Virus record (IMG/VR): IMGVR_UViG_3300032315_000675
Coordinates: 1-64,000 of that record
DNA length: 64,000 bases
Strand: one strand, 5' to 3'
DNA from: a virus
Positions 46,549 to 56,500 of the stretch are shown here, in pieces. The notes beneath the pieces are model-generated. The model was not told the origin of the DNA. It did no database searches and was given only the letters and a program-made list of their open reading frames with translations. Each line of letters starts with the position of its first letter. The first letter of the stretch is position 1. Made by a program: the position numbers and the translations under genes.

Positions 46549-47164
46549 TAAGTCCTAACATTACAGCGTACTTTTTAGTTTTGTCTTTGCGATCATCAAG
46601 CCCGTGAGTGCCGCCGTTAATTCTCTTTGTTAAAGCTAGAATAGTAGCATCGTCTACTCCTTTGTCGCAAATAGCCCATAAGTTATTTGTTTCAAAGAAG
46701 AACATCGCACTCTCAAAAGAATATTTGGTCGCAACAACGTCAGGGTTAGTCATGACCTCTGGATCACCGATGTGCTTTGAGAATGCTAGATAGTTGTCTT
46801 TGCCAGTCAACTGAATAGCTCCGCGACCACGATATTTCCATCCGTCACCGCTCTTTTCGTCACCGTTTCCCATACGATTTGCGTAAACACGATTGGCAAT
46901 CATTTCCGGCTTGCGCTCATACTTTGCAGCAGTAGCAGCATCAGGGAAATACTTCTTAAAAGTGCCTTGTAGACCTTTAGCACCATAGTTAAGATTTTCG
47001 TTGAATGCTTTGAACCCACCGCTTTCGTGGGCGCATTGTGCAAAGAAGTGTGCTGCACGACTCGGCGTCATCTTATAGTGAGCTATGGCAGCCTTTAATG
47101 TGCCTGGACCAAATGCTCCGTCAGCAGTAACACCTACTTTTTCTTGAAGATGTATCAAACTCAT
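46538..47164 (-). CDS. GH19-family endolysin with short peptidoglycan-binding N-terminus
   Basis: 'ADGAFGPGT', 'FFAQCAHESGGF', 'YRGRGAIQLTGKDNY', 'RINGG..GL.DR'. Confidence 0.93.
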   Translation of the reverse strand: MSLIHLQEKVGVTADGAFGPGTLKAAIAHYKMTPSRAAHFFAQCAHESGGFKAFNENLNYGAKGLQGTFKKYFPDAATAAKYERKPEMIANRVYANRMGNGDEKSGDGWKYRGRGAIQLTGKDNYLAFSKHIGDPEVMTNPDVVATKYSFESAMFFFETNNLWAICDKGVDDATILALTKRINGGTHGLDDRKDKTKKYAVMLGLIKG

Positions 47165-47174
47165 TTAACTCTCC

Positions 47175-47675
47175 TTAGAATGTTTTCCATTCATCTTTTG
47201 GATCAAAATCATTAGTTGGCAAGTACTTAGTTGACTTACCGTCTTTCTTTGCGATCAATTTCTGTTTGCGATTGCCGCCTTCTTTCTTGATAGAAGCATG
47301 TACCCATCCTGAGTTCTTGTCACCTTCTACGTAGAATTCCAAAATTATTTGGTCAAACTCTAGGTTATCAGCAATCCAGTCTGCTACGATTTTGTTTGAA
47401 ATACCATTGATTTCAAAGTCAATAGCTTGACCATTAACATGCTGACTGGTCTTTGAACCGCCGACAGCAGCATTAACCTTCGGTGCGCGGTATGATGAAT
47501 TGATTGATATCGGCTTACCAAAGTGCTTGCGTACTGGCTCAAGAATCTTTTCGCAGCAATAACGCATATTTTCAATATGTTCTGGTGTAGGGGTATTCGA
47601 CAAACCTAAGCGTTGGGCGGTAGGTGATACAATCATTTCTTCTAGTGTAAAGTGTTCTGTTAGTTTAGTTGGCAT
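47175..47675 (-). CDS. Peptidase M15A-like Zn peptidase
   Basis: 'HFTLEE', 'INSSYR', 'SQHVNGQAID', 'WVH'; start MPTKL with GGAG and TAAATA upstream. Confidence 0.88.
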   Translation of the reverse strand: MPTKLTEHFTLEEMIVSPTAQRLGLSNTPTPEHIENMRYCCEKILEPVRKHFGKPISINSSYRAPKVNAAVGGSKTSQHVNGQAIDFEINGISNKIVADWIADNLEFDQIILEFYVEGDKNSGWVHASIKKEGGNRKQKLIAKKDGKSTKYLPTNDFDPKDEWKTF

Positions 47676-47753
47676 ACATTTGCTCCCTCGTCCGGCAGAT
47701 GTATTTATACAAAAGGACTTGACTTCGCCTATATGACATGCTATATATAGTAT

Positions 47754-48305
47754 ATGAAAATAGTTAAATTTATGGAAAATCCCGTTTCGGCAGGAAACAC
47801 GAAACCCATCGTATATGTTGATATGGATGGGGTCTTGGCTGACCTCTACAATCATGCCGCTGAAATCCATGACGTTGAACATTACAACGAAATGACTAGA
47901 GATGAATGGGAGACGTTCTTTAAAGATAGCAACGCACATCATCTGTTTCGTGACATTCCTCCCTTCGCTACCGCTAATCAATTGCTCAATCTCGTAAAGA
48001 AGTATGCTAGCGGATATTGTATTCTCAGCAGCCCATTGAACTTTGACCGTGAAGGTAGCATCAAGGGCAAGCGTGAATGGCTTGCAAAACATATCAATGT
48101 TCCTGCTGATGAGATCATCTTCGAACATGAAAAATACAAATACGCTGTGCAGCCTGACGGTACTCCTAACGTATTGATTGATGACTACGGAGTGAACACT
48201 CGTGCATGGGACAACGCAGGCGGCATCGCTTGCAAATATCAGGCTGACGAGAATGACCTTAGTGTAGTAGAGGATGTTCTAAAAGAAACGTTCGGGGATA
48301 AATAG
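47754..48305 (+). CDS. HAD-family 5'(3')-deoxyribonucleotidase-like
   Basis: 'VDMDGVLAD', 'ILSSP', 'K..W', 'LIDD'. Confidence 0.88.
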   Translation: MKIVKFMENPVSAGNTKPIVYVDMDGVLADLYNHAAEIHDVEHYNEMTRDEWETFFKDSNAHHLFRDIPPFATANQLLNLVKKYASGYCILSSPLNFDREGSIKGKREWLAKHINVPADEIIFEHEKYKYAVQPDGTPNVLIDDYGVNTRAWDNAGGIACKYQADENDLSVVEDVLKETFGDK

Positions 48306-48327
48306 TATTATACATTCGGAGATTGCA

Positions 48328-50391
48328 ATGAGTGATGCTAGAGACCTTTACAAGCTATTCAGAGAGCTTGAGAACCAACACCAAGTAAATGACACCGTGG
48401 GTTTGCATGACAGTTTTGATTTAGAACTTAACGAACACTTCGTCATTGAAAGCGGAGTAGTTGGCTTTATGGAAGATGGTGTCATCATCCAGCTTGACGA
48501 ACAAGCATTAGAGTTTCTAGACTTTAGCGGGATGCTCACAGAATCTTTGCAAGAAGTTGGTCTTAAAGATCATGAGCCAAGAAAAGTAGAAGGTGTGTAC
48601 GGGGTGAATGCGAAGCCTTTTACTAAGAAGTTCAATAATCTAAAAGCGATGAATAAATTTTTCGACCACCCCGACAATGAGGGAAACTATCAAATAGAAC
48701 GTATTTCAAAGGTCTCCGAATCAGTTGAACTTAATGAGATATCTGACGAATTGATGGCAAGATATTTCGTCAAGACTCAGCCCAAAAGAGGTGAGACTGT
48801 CCCCGATAAAAGACAGCCCTTTAGGCAACGGGCCAGAGGCGGCGCCGATAGATATTGGGACAAGCAGATAAAAGATAACGACGCTGCCGATGTACAAAAA
48901 GTGTTGGCTAGAACCCCCAAAGTTCATGACCTAAGACATATGAGTCATGGAGAAGTCTATGATCTCACACAAACTTCCGATGACATTCGTGATGGAGATG
49001 TTCTTCATGTAAAGGATGGCTCTGCCGTCATGTTTAAGGCTTGGCCTACAATGGTAAACGGCAATAGCAAATCTCTGCACTCATTCGATACAGGATACTC
49101 ATGGGACGACGAGGATTTAAGCCACTATAAGCGAGCAGTTGATATCGCCAAATCTTTGAAAGAAGAAATGGGGCCAAACTCGTCCAGACGATCCACAAAC
49201 GAGTCATTACTAGCAGAAGGTTCTAGTCAAGGTGTAGCAAACGCCATCCTTAATAGAATCATCCATCGTCATGCAGATGTTCTTGGTAAATACGGTCCAA
49301 TCAGAGTCCCGGCAGCCGTTGACGAGGTAGCAGCTAGACTAGATGACCTAGAAGAAATCGGTTCAAGCGATGTAAGTATTTGGACTAATCAAGTCATCGC
49401 TAACCTAGAAAAAGGTTGGTATGATGATATGGATCCAGAGTCTCCGGTCAGACGAGCCGTGGGCGAATCAGCAGAAGATTCTGACATTTTTGAGAGAATC
49501 GTAAAGAGCGATGACGCCTTCGAATTAATTTACAAAGGTATCACGGGTCGCCTTGGTGAAGCGGCACGTGGCAAGCTTCAAAAAATCTACGATGTCGTAG
49601 CTCGTGATAACGGTCTCGATCCAGGTGATGATCTTGAGGAGATCATTGATGGTATGATTCCCCGCATTCATGAACTTTATGATATTGGTTTTGATAACTC
49701 AGCTCCAAGAAAAGACGAGCTAGATGAAATCAAGAAACTTGCATTTGGACGAGACGCTTTAGAAGAAAATCCTATGTTGATGGCTTTGGGGACGGCGGCT
49801 GCTACTGGCGCAGGCCGAGAGCTTGCGGGCAGAGTCGCTGACAAGATTGGACTAGAAGAAAAGTTCGTAGATGAAGGATGGGGTAAGAACCTTGCAGGGG
49901 CCGGTGCTGTGATTGGCGCGCTTGCTGCTATTGCCGGTATCGATAAGATGGAAGCAGATCGTCTAATGAAATCTGAACCGCAGCTAGTCACCTTGACTCA
50001 AATGCGCCAAGAAGCAGAGCAAGAGGGCGACAAAAGGGCTGTTGATGCCCTCGATCACCGAATCAGAGTGACACTTAATTCTATCCGTAATACTGGAAGA
50101 CCTGTAATGGGTCCAGACGGTGAGCCAGTCGATCCTAGAAAATCATTAGGCGAAGCAGAATATCAAGGACGAAAGGTTACCCTCAATAAGCCGATGCAGG
50201 GAGATGTTGCAAAAAGCAAAGTATATGTCAAGAAGCCAGACGGTAAGGTCGTGAAGGTAAACTTCGGCGATAAGAATATGACTATCAAGAAGTCTAATCC
50301 GGCGCGCCGCAAATCATTCCGTGCAAGACACAACTGTGAAAATCCGGGACCAAAATGGAAGGCCAGATACTGGTCATGCCGAGCTTGGTAA
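48328..50391 (+). CDS. Late multi-segment (polyprotein-like) protein with basic C-terminal domain
   Basis: TAAATA promoter; many (L/I/V)xE junctions; C-terminal 'KVNFGD...RRKSFRARHNC...ARYWSC.W'. Confidence 0.65.
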   Translation: MSDARDLYKLFRELENQHQVNDTVGLHDSFDLELNEHFVIESGVVGFMEDGVIIQLDEQALEFLDFSGMLTESLQEVGLKDHEPRKVEGVYGVNAKPFTKKFNNLKAMNKFFDHPDNEGNYQIERISKVSESVELNEISDELMARYFVKTQPKRGETVPDKRQPFRQRARGGADRYWDKQIKDNDAADVQKVLARTPKVHDLRHMSHGEVYDLTQTSDDIRDGDVLHVKDGSAVMFKAWPTMVNGNSKSLHSFDTGYSWDDEDLSHYKRAVDIAKSLKEEMGPNSSRRSTNESLLAEGSSQGVANAILNRIIHRHADVLGKYGPIRVPAAVDEVAARLDDLEEIGSSDVSIWTNQVIANLEKGWYDDMDPESPVRRAVGESAEDSDIFERIVKSDDAFELIYKGITGRLGEAARGKLQKIYDVVARDNGLDPGDDLEEIIDGMIPRIHELYDIGFDNSAPRKDELDEIKKLAFGRDALEENPMLMALGTAAATGAGRELAGRVADKIGLEEKFVDEGWGKNLAGAGAVIGALAAIAGIDKMEADRLMKSEPQLVTLTQMRQEAEQEGDKRAVDALDHRIRVTLNSIRNTGRPVMGPDGEPVDPRKSLGEAEYQGRKVTLNKPMQGDVAKSKVYVKKPDGKVVKVNFGDKNMTIKKSNPARRKSFRARHNCENPGPKWKARYWSCRAW

Positions 50392-50525
50392 AAAAGTTTG
50401 TGCTTGGAACAGAGACTAAATATTGTTATGACTGATCGGACACCGAAAGAAGCAAAGAGCGGCGTTTTTCCAATGCCGATATTCCTTTGATATTTCATCG
50501 CTTGGGAAGAATTGCAGCATAATAC

Positions 50526-50693
50526 ATGTCTGACACCCGATTCGAAGTAATTACCCAAGAAGATCCGGACACCGGAGACCTGATTATACCTATCCCTATT
50601 CCTCTTCTTAAGCATTTAGGCTGGAAAGAGGGCGATGACGTTCAGATTGACGTTGGGGAAGATGGACAAATCTATTTGAGGAAAGCAAACTAA
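50526..50693 (+). CDS. AbrB/MazE-like small DNA-binding protein (55 aa, not in the ORF track)
   Basis: MSDTRFEVITQEDPDTGDLIIPIPIPLLKHLGWKEGDDVQI. Confidence 0.65.
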   Translation: MSDTRFEVITQEDPDTGDLIIPIPIPLLKHLGWKEGDDVQIDVGEDGQIYLRKAN

Positions 50694-51055
50694 TGAGCCT
50701 ATCCGTTGGATCGCCGCTGACCGGCACACTCACAACACAGTCTACTATAGCTACTCAACCTACAATAACCTATACGGGTACGCCATCTACTATAACAAAT
50801 GGCTGGCTCAATGCAAATACAGGACCTACAACTCTTAAAGTTGCAGGCGATGCTGAATTTGGCGGGGATATAAAGATCAAAGGCGTAAATCTAACTTCAA
50901 GACTAGACGCGATTGAAGAACGTTTAGGTATCCTACGCCCGAACAATGATCTTGAAGGTAAGTGGGAGAAGCTAAAGGCACTCGGTGAAGAATATCGGGC
51001 GCTAGAAAAAGATATTCTTGAGAGGGAGAAGATTTGGGACTTGCTCAGAAAATGA
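50693..51055 (+). CDS. Hypothetical protein
   Basis: Thr-rich N-terminus plus 'RLDAIEERLGIL.PN..LE..WE.LK' coiled coil. Confidence 0.6.
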   Translation: MSLSVGSPLTGTLTTQSTIATQPTITYTGTPSTITNGWLNANTGPTTLKVAGDAEFGGDIKIKGVNLTSRLDAIEERLGILRPNNDLEGKWEKLKALGEEYRALEKDILEREKIWDLLRK

Positions 51056-51075
51056 ATAGTTCTATAAGTTGATTT

Positions 51076-51291
51076 ATGTCTAAAGAAAATACACTTAAAG
51101 TTGAAGGAGATGTGATTGACGTACTCCCGAACGCAACATTCAAAGTCAAGCTTGATAACGATATGATTGTATTGAGTTACATATCAGGAAAGATGCGACA
51201 GCATGAGATTCGCATTTTGCTAGGAGACAAGGTTGAACTTGAGGTCAGCCCCTATGACTTATCAAGAGGCAGGATAGTTCGGCGCAAGTAA
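51076..51291 (+). CDS. infA: Translation initiation factor IF-1
   Basis: 'EG.V...LPNATF.V.L.N...L.YISGKMR...IRIL.GDKV..E.SPYDL.RGRI..R'. Confidence 0.95.
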   Translation: MSKENTLKVEGDVIDVLPNATFKVKLDNDMIVLSYISGKMRQHEIRILLGDKVELEVSPYDLSRGRIVRRK

Positions 51292-51314
51292 TAGCCGAAG
51301 TGATAAATAGTCTC

Positions 51315-51875
51315 ATGAGAGAATTTATCACGCTTCTTGAGGAAAAGTCAAAACCCCAAGACATAGAAATCATCCCACTTAACTTCACCGAGCGTGAGGT
51401 TTCTCCCGTTATGGGGGGAGACACCTTAGACTTGCACTACAATAAGCTCGCTAAGGGATACGCACAACGCTACAATGACAAAGAAGGTGACCCTGAGTTT
51501 AACTACGCAGGGGCATTCCTGCACAATACGTGGTTTCCTCAGTTCAGAGAAGTGAGAAACAACAACAAACCAAATGGTCCTATGGTAGGGTTCATCAACA
51601 AGCACTTCGGTAACTTCGATGACTTCAAGGACGACGTAGAAGAAGTCGCTATGACGATACAAGGTTCTGGTTGGGTCTATCTAGCTTATGACGGTAAGAT
51701 CAAGACGATCAAGAATCATGAAGTGCGTGACGACATCTTGCTGCTGATTGACTGGTGGGAACACGCTTGGATTCTTGATTATGGGAGTGACAAGAAGAAG
51801 TATCTCAAAGAGCTTTGGAAGATCATCAACTGGAACGTGGTTTCTACCCGTTTAGGAAAATTCTGGTCGTCGTAG
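51315..51875 (+). CDS. sod: Fe/Mn superoxide dismutase with N-terminal leader
   Basis: 'LHY', 'FLHN', 'QGSGWVYL', 'DWWEHAW', 'WKIINW'. Confidence 0.88.
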   Translation: MREFITLLEEKSKPQDIEIIPLNFTEREVSPVMGGDTLDLHYNKLAKGYAQRYNDKEGDPEFNYAGAFLHNTWFPQFREVRNNNKPNGPMVGFINKHFGNFDDFKDDVEEVAMTIQGSGWVYLAYDGKIKTIKNHEVRDDILLLIDWWEHAWILDYGSDKKKYLKELWKIINWNVVSTRLGKFWSS

Positions 51876-52058
51876 ATGGACACTAATGATCTAAAAAGAC
51901 TAGCAGGTATTGTTGATAGTAGAGGTAAGCCTACTCATGCGGAGCCCATTGACCGTAGCAAGATCACCGCTAAGCCCGGCACAGACGAATGGTTCAAAGC
52001 TATGTTCCCTATAAACGACACTCAAATGCCAGTCGGGTTCAGAGGTCGTAAGAAATGA
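51876..52058 (+). CDS. Small late protein
   Basis: 'LKRLAGI', 'KPGTDEWFK'. Confidence 0.55.
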   Translation: MDTNDLKRLAGIVDSRGKPTHAEPIDRSKITAKPGTDEWFKAMFPINDTQMPVGFRGRKK

Positions 52059-52390
52059 GAGCTAAAGAATTCTTGTATGAGTCCGACACACAGACAGCAT
52101 ATCATGCTACCCCTAGAGATAACTTAGGAAGTGTACTGCATAAAGGATTGGTTCCAAAAAAGAGCAAGCATTATCCCAGTGCAGGTAAAAGAGTATACCT
52201 TTTTCCGTCAATTGATGCAGCAAACGAAGCACTTTTGGATTGGTTAGAAGATAGGTTTTCGAATGATATTCTATCATTATTAAAGATTGATCTTCGTGGA
52301 TTATCTGTATTTGAGGATTTTGACGAACTTTATACTACCGATCCAATATCACCTGATAGAATTTCAGTAATAGACGAGCATTGGGGATAA
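52055..52390 (+). CDS. ADP-ribosyltransferase-fold (Tpt1/KptA-like) protein with MRAKEF leader
   Basis: 'YHAT...L.SV...GL.P', 'VYL', 'LLKID', 'I.PDRI'. Confidence 0.65.
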   Translation: MRAKEFLYESDTQTAYHATPRDNLGSVLHKGLVPKKSKHYPSAGKRVYLFPSIDAANEALLDWLEDRFSNDILSLLKIDLRGLSVFEDFDELYTTDPISPDRISVIDEHWG

Positions 52391-52391
52391 G

Positions 52392-53540
52392 ATGAGAGCT
52401 AGAGAATTTATCACCGAAAATCGTAATAGGTATTTAGAAATCGAGTTTGTCTGCGTAAACAAGAACGTTTCGGGTTCTACCTCCCCCAAAGACCAAGACG
52501 CCTTGTTTCAGGCTTTAAAGCAGGTCCCGAATATCATTGTGTACCGTCAGGACTTTGACGAGTCTGAAGAACACACCTCAGGCGGCAAGAGTATGGCTGT
52601 CATTGTCGTTAAGGGCGGCAATACAACCGCTACTAAAGTTCGGGCACTAGCAGCACAGCATGGTGTAATGATTGATCTAACTACATACCGAGATGATAGA
52701 TTTATTGATCGGTTGTATAATGACCGTGTGCCTGCAGTGACTAGCTGGTATGATAATAGCAGTCCTGCTGTAACCGAAAACATTGAAATCCCTATCGGGC
52801 GGGGTCGTGCTAATACTTCTGTACCAGACATTTTATATCATAGTTTGCGTGGAAGGGCACTTAACATGTCAGGTGGAATTGACGCATATGTACCGGGAAA
52901 TCCGCAGGAATGGCGTGAACTCGGCTCTAGGTTTAAGCAACCGATACAAGGACTCGTGTATCTTAGTAACAAACCATTGGATCAGAGTGCTTTGGCGATT
53001 GATGTACACAAACTTAATCCAAACCTACTTAGATATACCGGTCAGTCCGAAGGTTATCTAATATACGGTGACAATATTCCTGCAGATGCTATCATTGATG
53101 TTTCCAGACAAGAAATTGATGAGAACGACGAACCTGTAACAATCAAAATTGGCGGAACTGATCCCAAAGTTAAAGCATGGATTCAAAAAGTATATGACAT
53201 GTTCCCGCAGCAATTTGGAAACAAGCATGTCATGCCTCTAGGCGGAGAAGGGGACGATCAGGAGTTTGCATTGTTTGAGCTTGTTACTAGTTTCAGCAAG
53301 CGAGGCGCAGTAGAAGTTAAATGGATTGAAGCCTATCCGCTCAGACAGGGGGTAGGTAGTAAAGCCATGAAGATACTGCAAGACTTAGCAAAACAAGACG
53401 GTATTGCTCTTACTGTCTACCCTTGGGATAAAGGACAGGTATCCCAATCAAAGCTCATGAAGTTTTATAAGAAACAAGGCTTCGTGCCAAGAAGCACAGG
53501 CTCTAAAAACATGATATGGGAACCCTCACCCGATAAGTGA
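52392..53540 (+). CDS. Multi-domain late protein: unknown domain + ART-like domain + GNAT acetyltransferase
   Basis: MRAREFITE leader; 'LYHS...VYLS...IPADAI'; 'RQGVGSKAM...L.KFYKKQGF'. Confidence 0.65.
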   Translation: MRAREFITENRNRYLEIEFVCVNKNVSGSTSPKDQDALFQALKQVPNIIVYRQDFDESEEHTSGGKSMAVIVVKGGNTTATKVRALAAQHGVMIDLTTYRDDRFIDRLYNDRVPAVTSWYDNSSPAVTENIEIPIGRGRANTSVPDILYHSLRGRALNMSGGIDAYVPGNPQEWRELGSRFKQPIQGLVYLSNKPLDQSALAIDVHKLNPNLLRYTGQSEGYLIYGDNIPADAIIDVSRQEIDENDEPVTIKIGGTDPKVKAWIQKVYDMFPQQFGNKHVMPLGGEGDDQEFALFELVTSFSKRGAVEVKWIEAYPLRQGVGSKAMKILQDLAKQDGIALTVYPWDKGQVSQSKLMKFYKKQGFVPRSTGSKNMIWEPSPDK

Positions 53541-53582
53541 TTTCAGCCCAAATTGATAAATACTATCAATAGGGACTGAGAA

Positions 53583-56500
53583 ATGAGCATAAACGGTCAA
53601 CAAATAATTAACATTGGATTGCCTAATGAATCTGCAGGCAGCGACTCCCTGTACGAGGCGTTCAACAAGACAGAAGACAACTTTACAACCTTATTCACCT
53701 GTGCTAGCCCTTATACTAATTTTGTGGCGCTTACTGGCATCAGTGTGAATTCTAATGCTAACGCAGGTACAGTGTCTATCACTAACACCGGCGTTACTAA
53801 CATCATTGCTGGTACAAACATAACAATCAATCAATCTAACGGAAACGTTACTATTTCGTCAACCGGCGGCGGTAACGGTGGAGGAAGTGGCACTGTTACT
53901 AGCGTAGGACTTGCACCAGTATCAAATAGTAGAATCGTTGTGACTAATTCACCTATCGTTTCTTCAGGGAACATCGGCATTGACCTAGCTACAACAGGTG
54001 TTGTTCCTGGAACATACACTGCCCCTACAGTAACACTTGACGCATATGGCAGAATCACTTCTGCTGCTAATACAACTAGCAGCGGTACTGTAACAAGCGT
54101 AGGAATTATCCCTGGTTCAGGCATCGGAGTTGCAAGCAGCCCGGTTACTACTGTCGGAAACGTGACTGTAACAAATACGGGTGTCGTGAGATTGACTGCT
54201 GGACTTGGCATCACGCTTTCAGCACCTAACGGAATTGTTCAGGTTTCTTCGGTTTATACAGGAACTGTAACTTCAGTAGGAATCAGTAGCAATACACTGA
54301 CCGTATCAAGCAGTCCTATAACTGCATCAGGTAATATTGCAGTTGAGTTGCCCTCATCGATCACGCTTAGTGGAAACATCACTGCTGCAAACGGAAATCT
54401 TGGAAATCTAGCAACAGCAAATTTCTTCTCGGGCGACGGCGGATTGTTGTCAAATCTTGCTGGTGCTGTTGGAACACAAACAACTATAGCTAACGGCACG
54501 AGCAATGTAAGAGTCTTTACTAACGGAAACGTTACTACTAGTGTTGCCGGTAACGCGAACATAGTGATCGTCACTGGAACTGGCGCCAACATTGCCGGCA
54601 CTGCTAATATCTCAGGCAATGCAAATGTTGGGAATATCGGTGCTTCATCCGGGGTGTTCACATCAAATGTAACATCCGGCAACGTCTATGCTAACTCAGG
54701 CACAGTTGGAGCTTCATTGCTAGCAGGTACACTAACAACTGCGGCACAGCCAAACATCACTAGTGTTGGTACATTAGGCTCACTAACTGTAACAGGTAAA
54801 GTAACTGCTGGTCAATTACAAGGTGACGGTGGCAACATCAGTAACATTCAAGGCGGCAATGTGTCTGGTGCAGTAGCTACTGCAACTACTGCCGCGACTG
54901 TCACAACTGCCGCGCAACCAAACATCACATCTGTTGGTACGCTGACTTCGTTGACTACTTCAGGAAATACATTCTTGGCGACTTCAAGTGGTAACGTCGG
55001 CATCAACACTACGAACCCCACCTCCGCCCTGGTAGTTGGTGGCTCTCAGGCAGGAAACGCAGGCCTAGAGGTCGTCCCCGGTTCGGGGGTAGTCCTTCAG
55101 GGCTACAACCGAAGTACATCTGCCTACACTAGTCTGAACTTAGATGGCGCTACGATCGGGTTCCGCCCTAATGGGTCTACTCGTTTAACTGTAGACGCAT
55201 CCGGTGCTAACGTAACCGGTACTTTCGGGGTAAGCGGGAACGCTAACGTAGGTAATTTGGGCACTGCGGGTTTGGTTGTTGCAACGGGAAATGTTACTGG
55301 AGGCAATTTAGTTACCGGAGGCGTCGTGGCCGCAACAGGTAACGTAGTTGCCGGAAACCTATATGCTAATTCGGGTACACTTGGAGTCGCTATCCTTAAT
55401 GTATCTGGTATAAGTAATCTCAACGCGGTTGGTAATGTAAGAATTTCGGGCGGCAGCGCGAACCAAATATTAAAAACAGATGGTGCAGGAAACTTAACCT
55501 GGGTTGATCCAAACGGCGGATACTATTTACATACGCAAAACTCATCAAGTAGTACATGGACTGTAACTCACAATCTTAATAGACAATATGTGACAGTTGA
55601 AGCGATTGATGCTAATGGAAATTCATACACCGGTCGTTATGATTATCCAACAATCAACTATACCAATGCGAATGCATTGACAATGACGTTTGCTTCCGCA
55701 GTCCAAGGATACGCTGCTGTTACCGGCGGCGGCACAAACATCAATAGCGTTAGTGTGGGGAACTCCACACCCGGCGGGGTCAACACTCAAGTACAATTCA
55801 ACGATGCGGGTGCATTAGCAGGCAGTTCAGGCCTTGTATATAACAAGACTACAGGAACATTGACCGCTACGCTATATGCCGGATCAGGCGCAAATTTAAC
55901 CAATATCGCAGGTGCTAATGTTACAGGGGCAGTGTCCTTTGCATCAACTGCTAATGCAGTAGCTGGCGCAAATGTCTCAGGCACAGTGTCTAGTGCAACT
56001 ACTGCTGCAACTGTAACAACTGCTGCACAACCAAACATCACATCAGTTGGTACATTGGCTAATCTCAACGTCTCCGGCAATGTAAGTTTCACCGGATCCA
56101 ACGTCTCTTTGGGTTCCAACGCAAATGTAAGAATCACAGGTGGTTCGTCTGGACAAATATTGTCTACTGATGGTTCCGGAAATCTAAGTTGGGTTCCTAC
56201 TGGAACAGCTACAACTGCTGCAACAGTCACAACTAACGCACAGCCAAACATCACATCTGTTGGTACACTGACATCATTGAGTGTGTCGGGCAACATCAGC
56301 GGTGCTAATCTAACAGGTAATCATTTCGGGAACGGGGCATCATTATCAAGTATCACCGGTGCCAATGTTACAGGCACTGTACCTACTGCAAACAACTCTG
56401 CATTCTTGGGTGGTACCGCAGCCGCAAGTTATCTTTTGACAACTGGTACTGGTAGCTCACTTACTGCAATTGCAGGTGCTAATGTTACAGGCACTGTTGC

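Noticed and set aside
47676-48128. N-terminal extension of the M15 peptidase in the ORF track
   Set aside because: Antisense to the HAD nucleotidase; the real start at 47675 has its own RBS and late promoter
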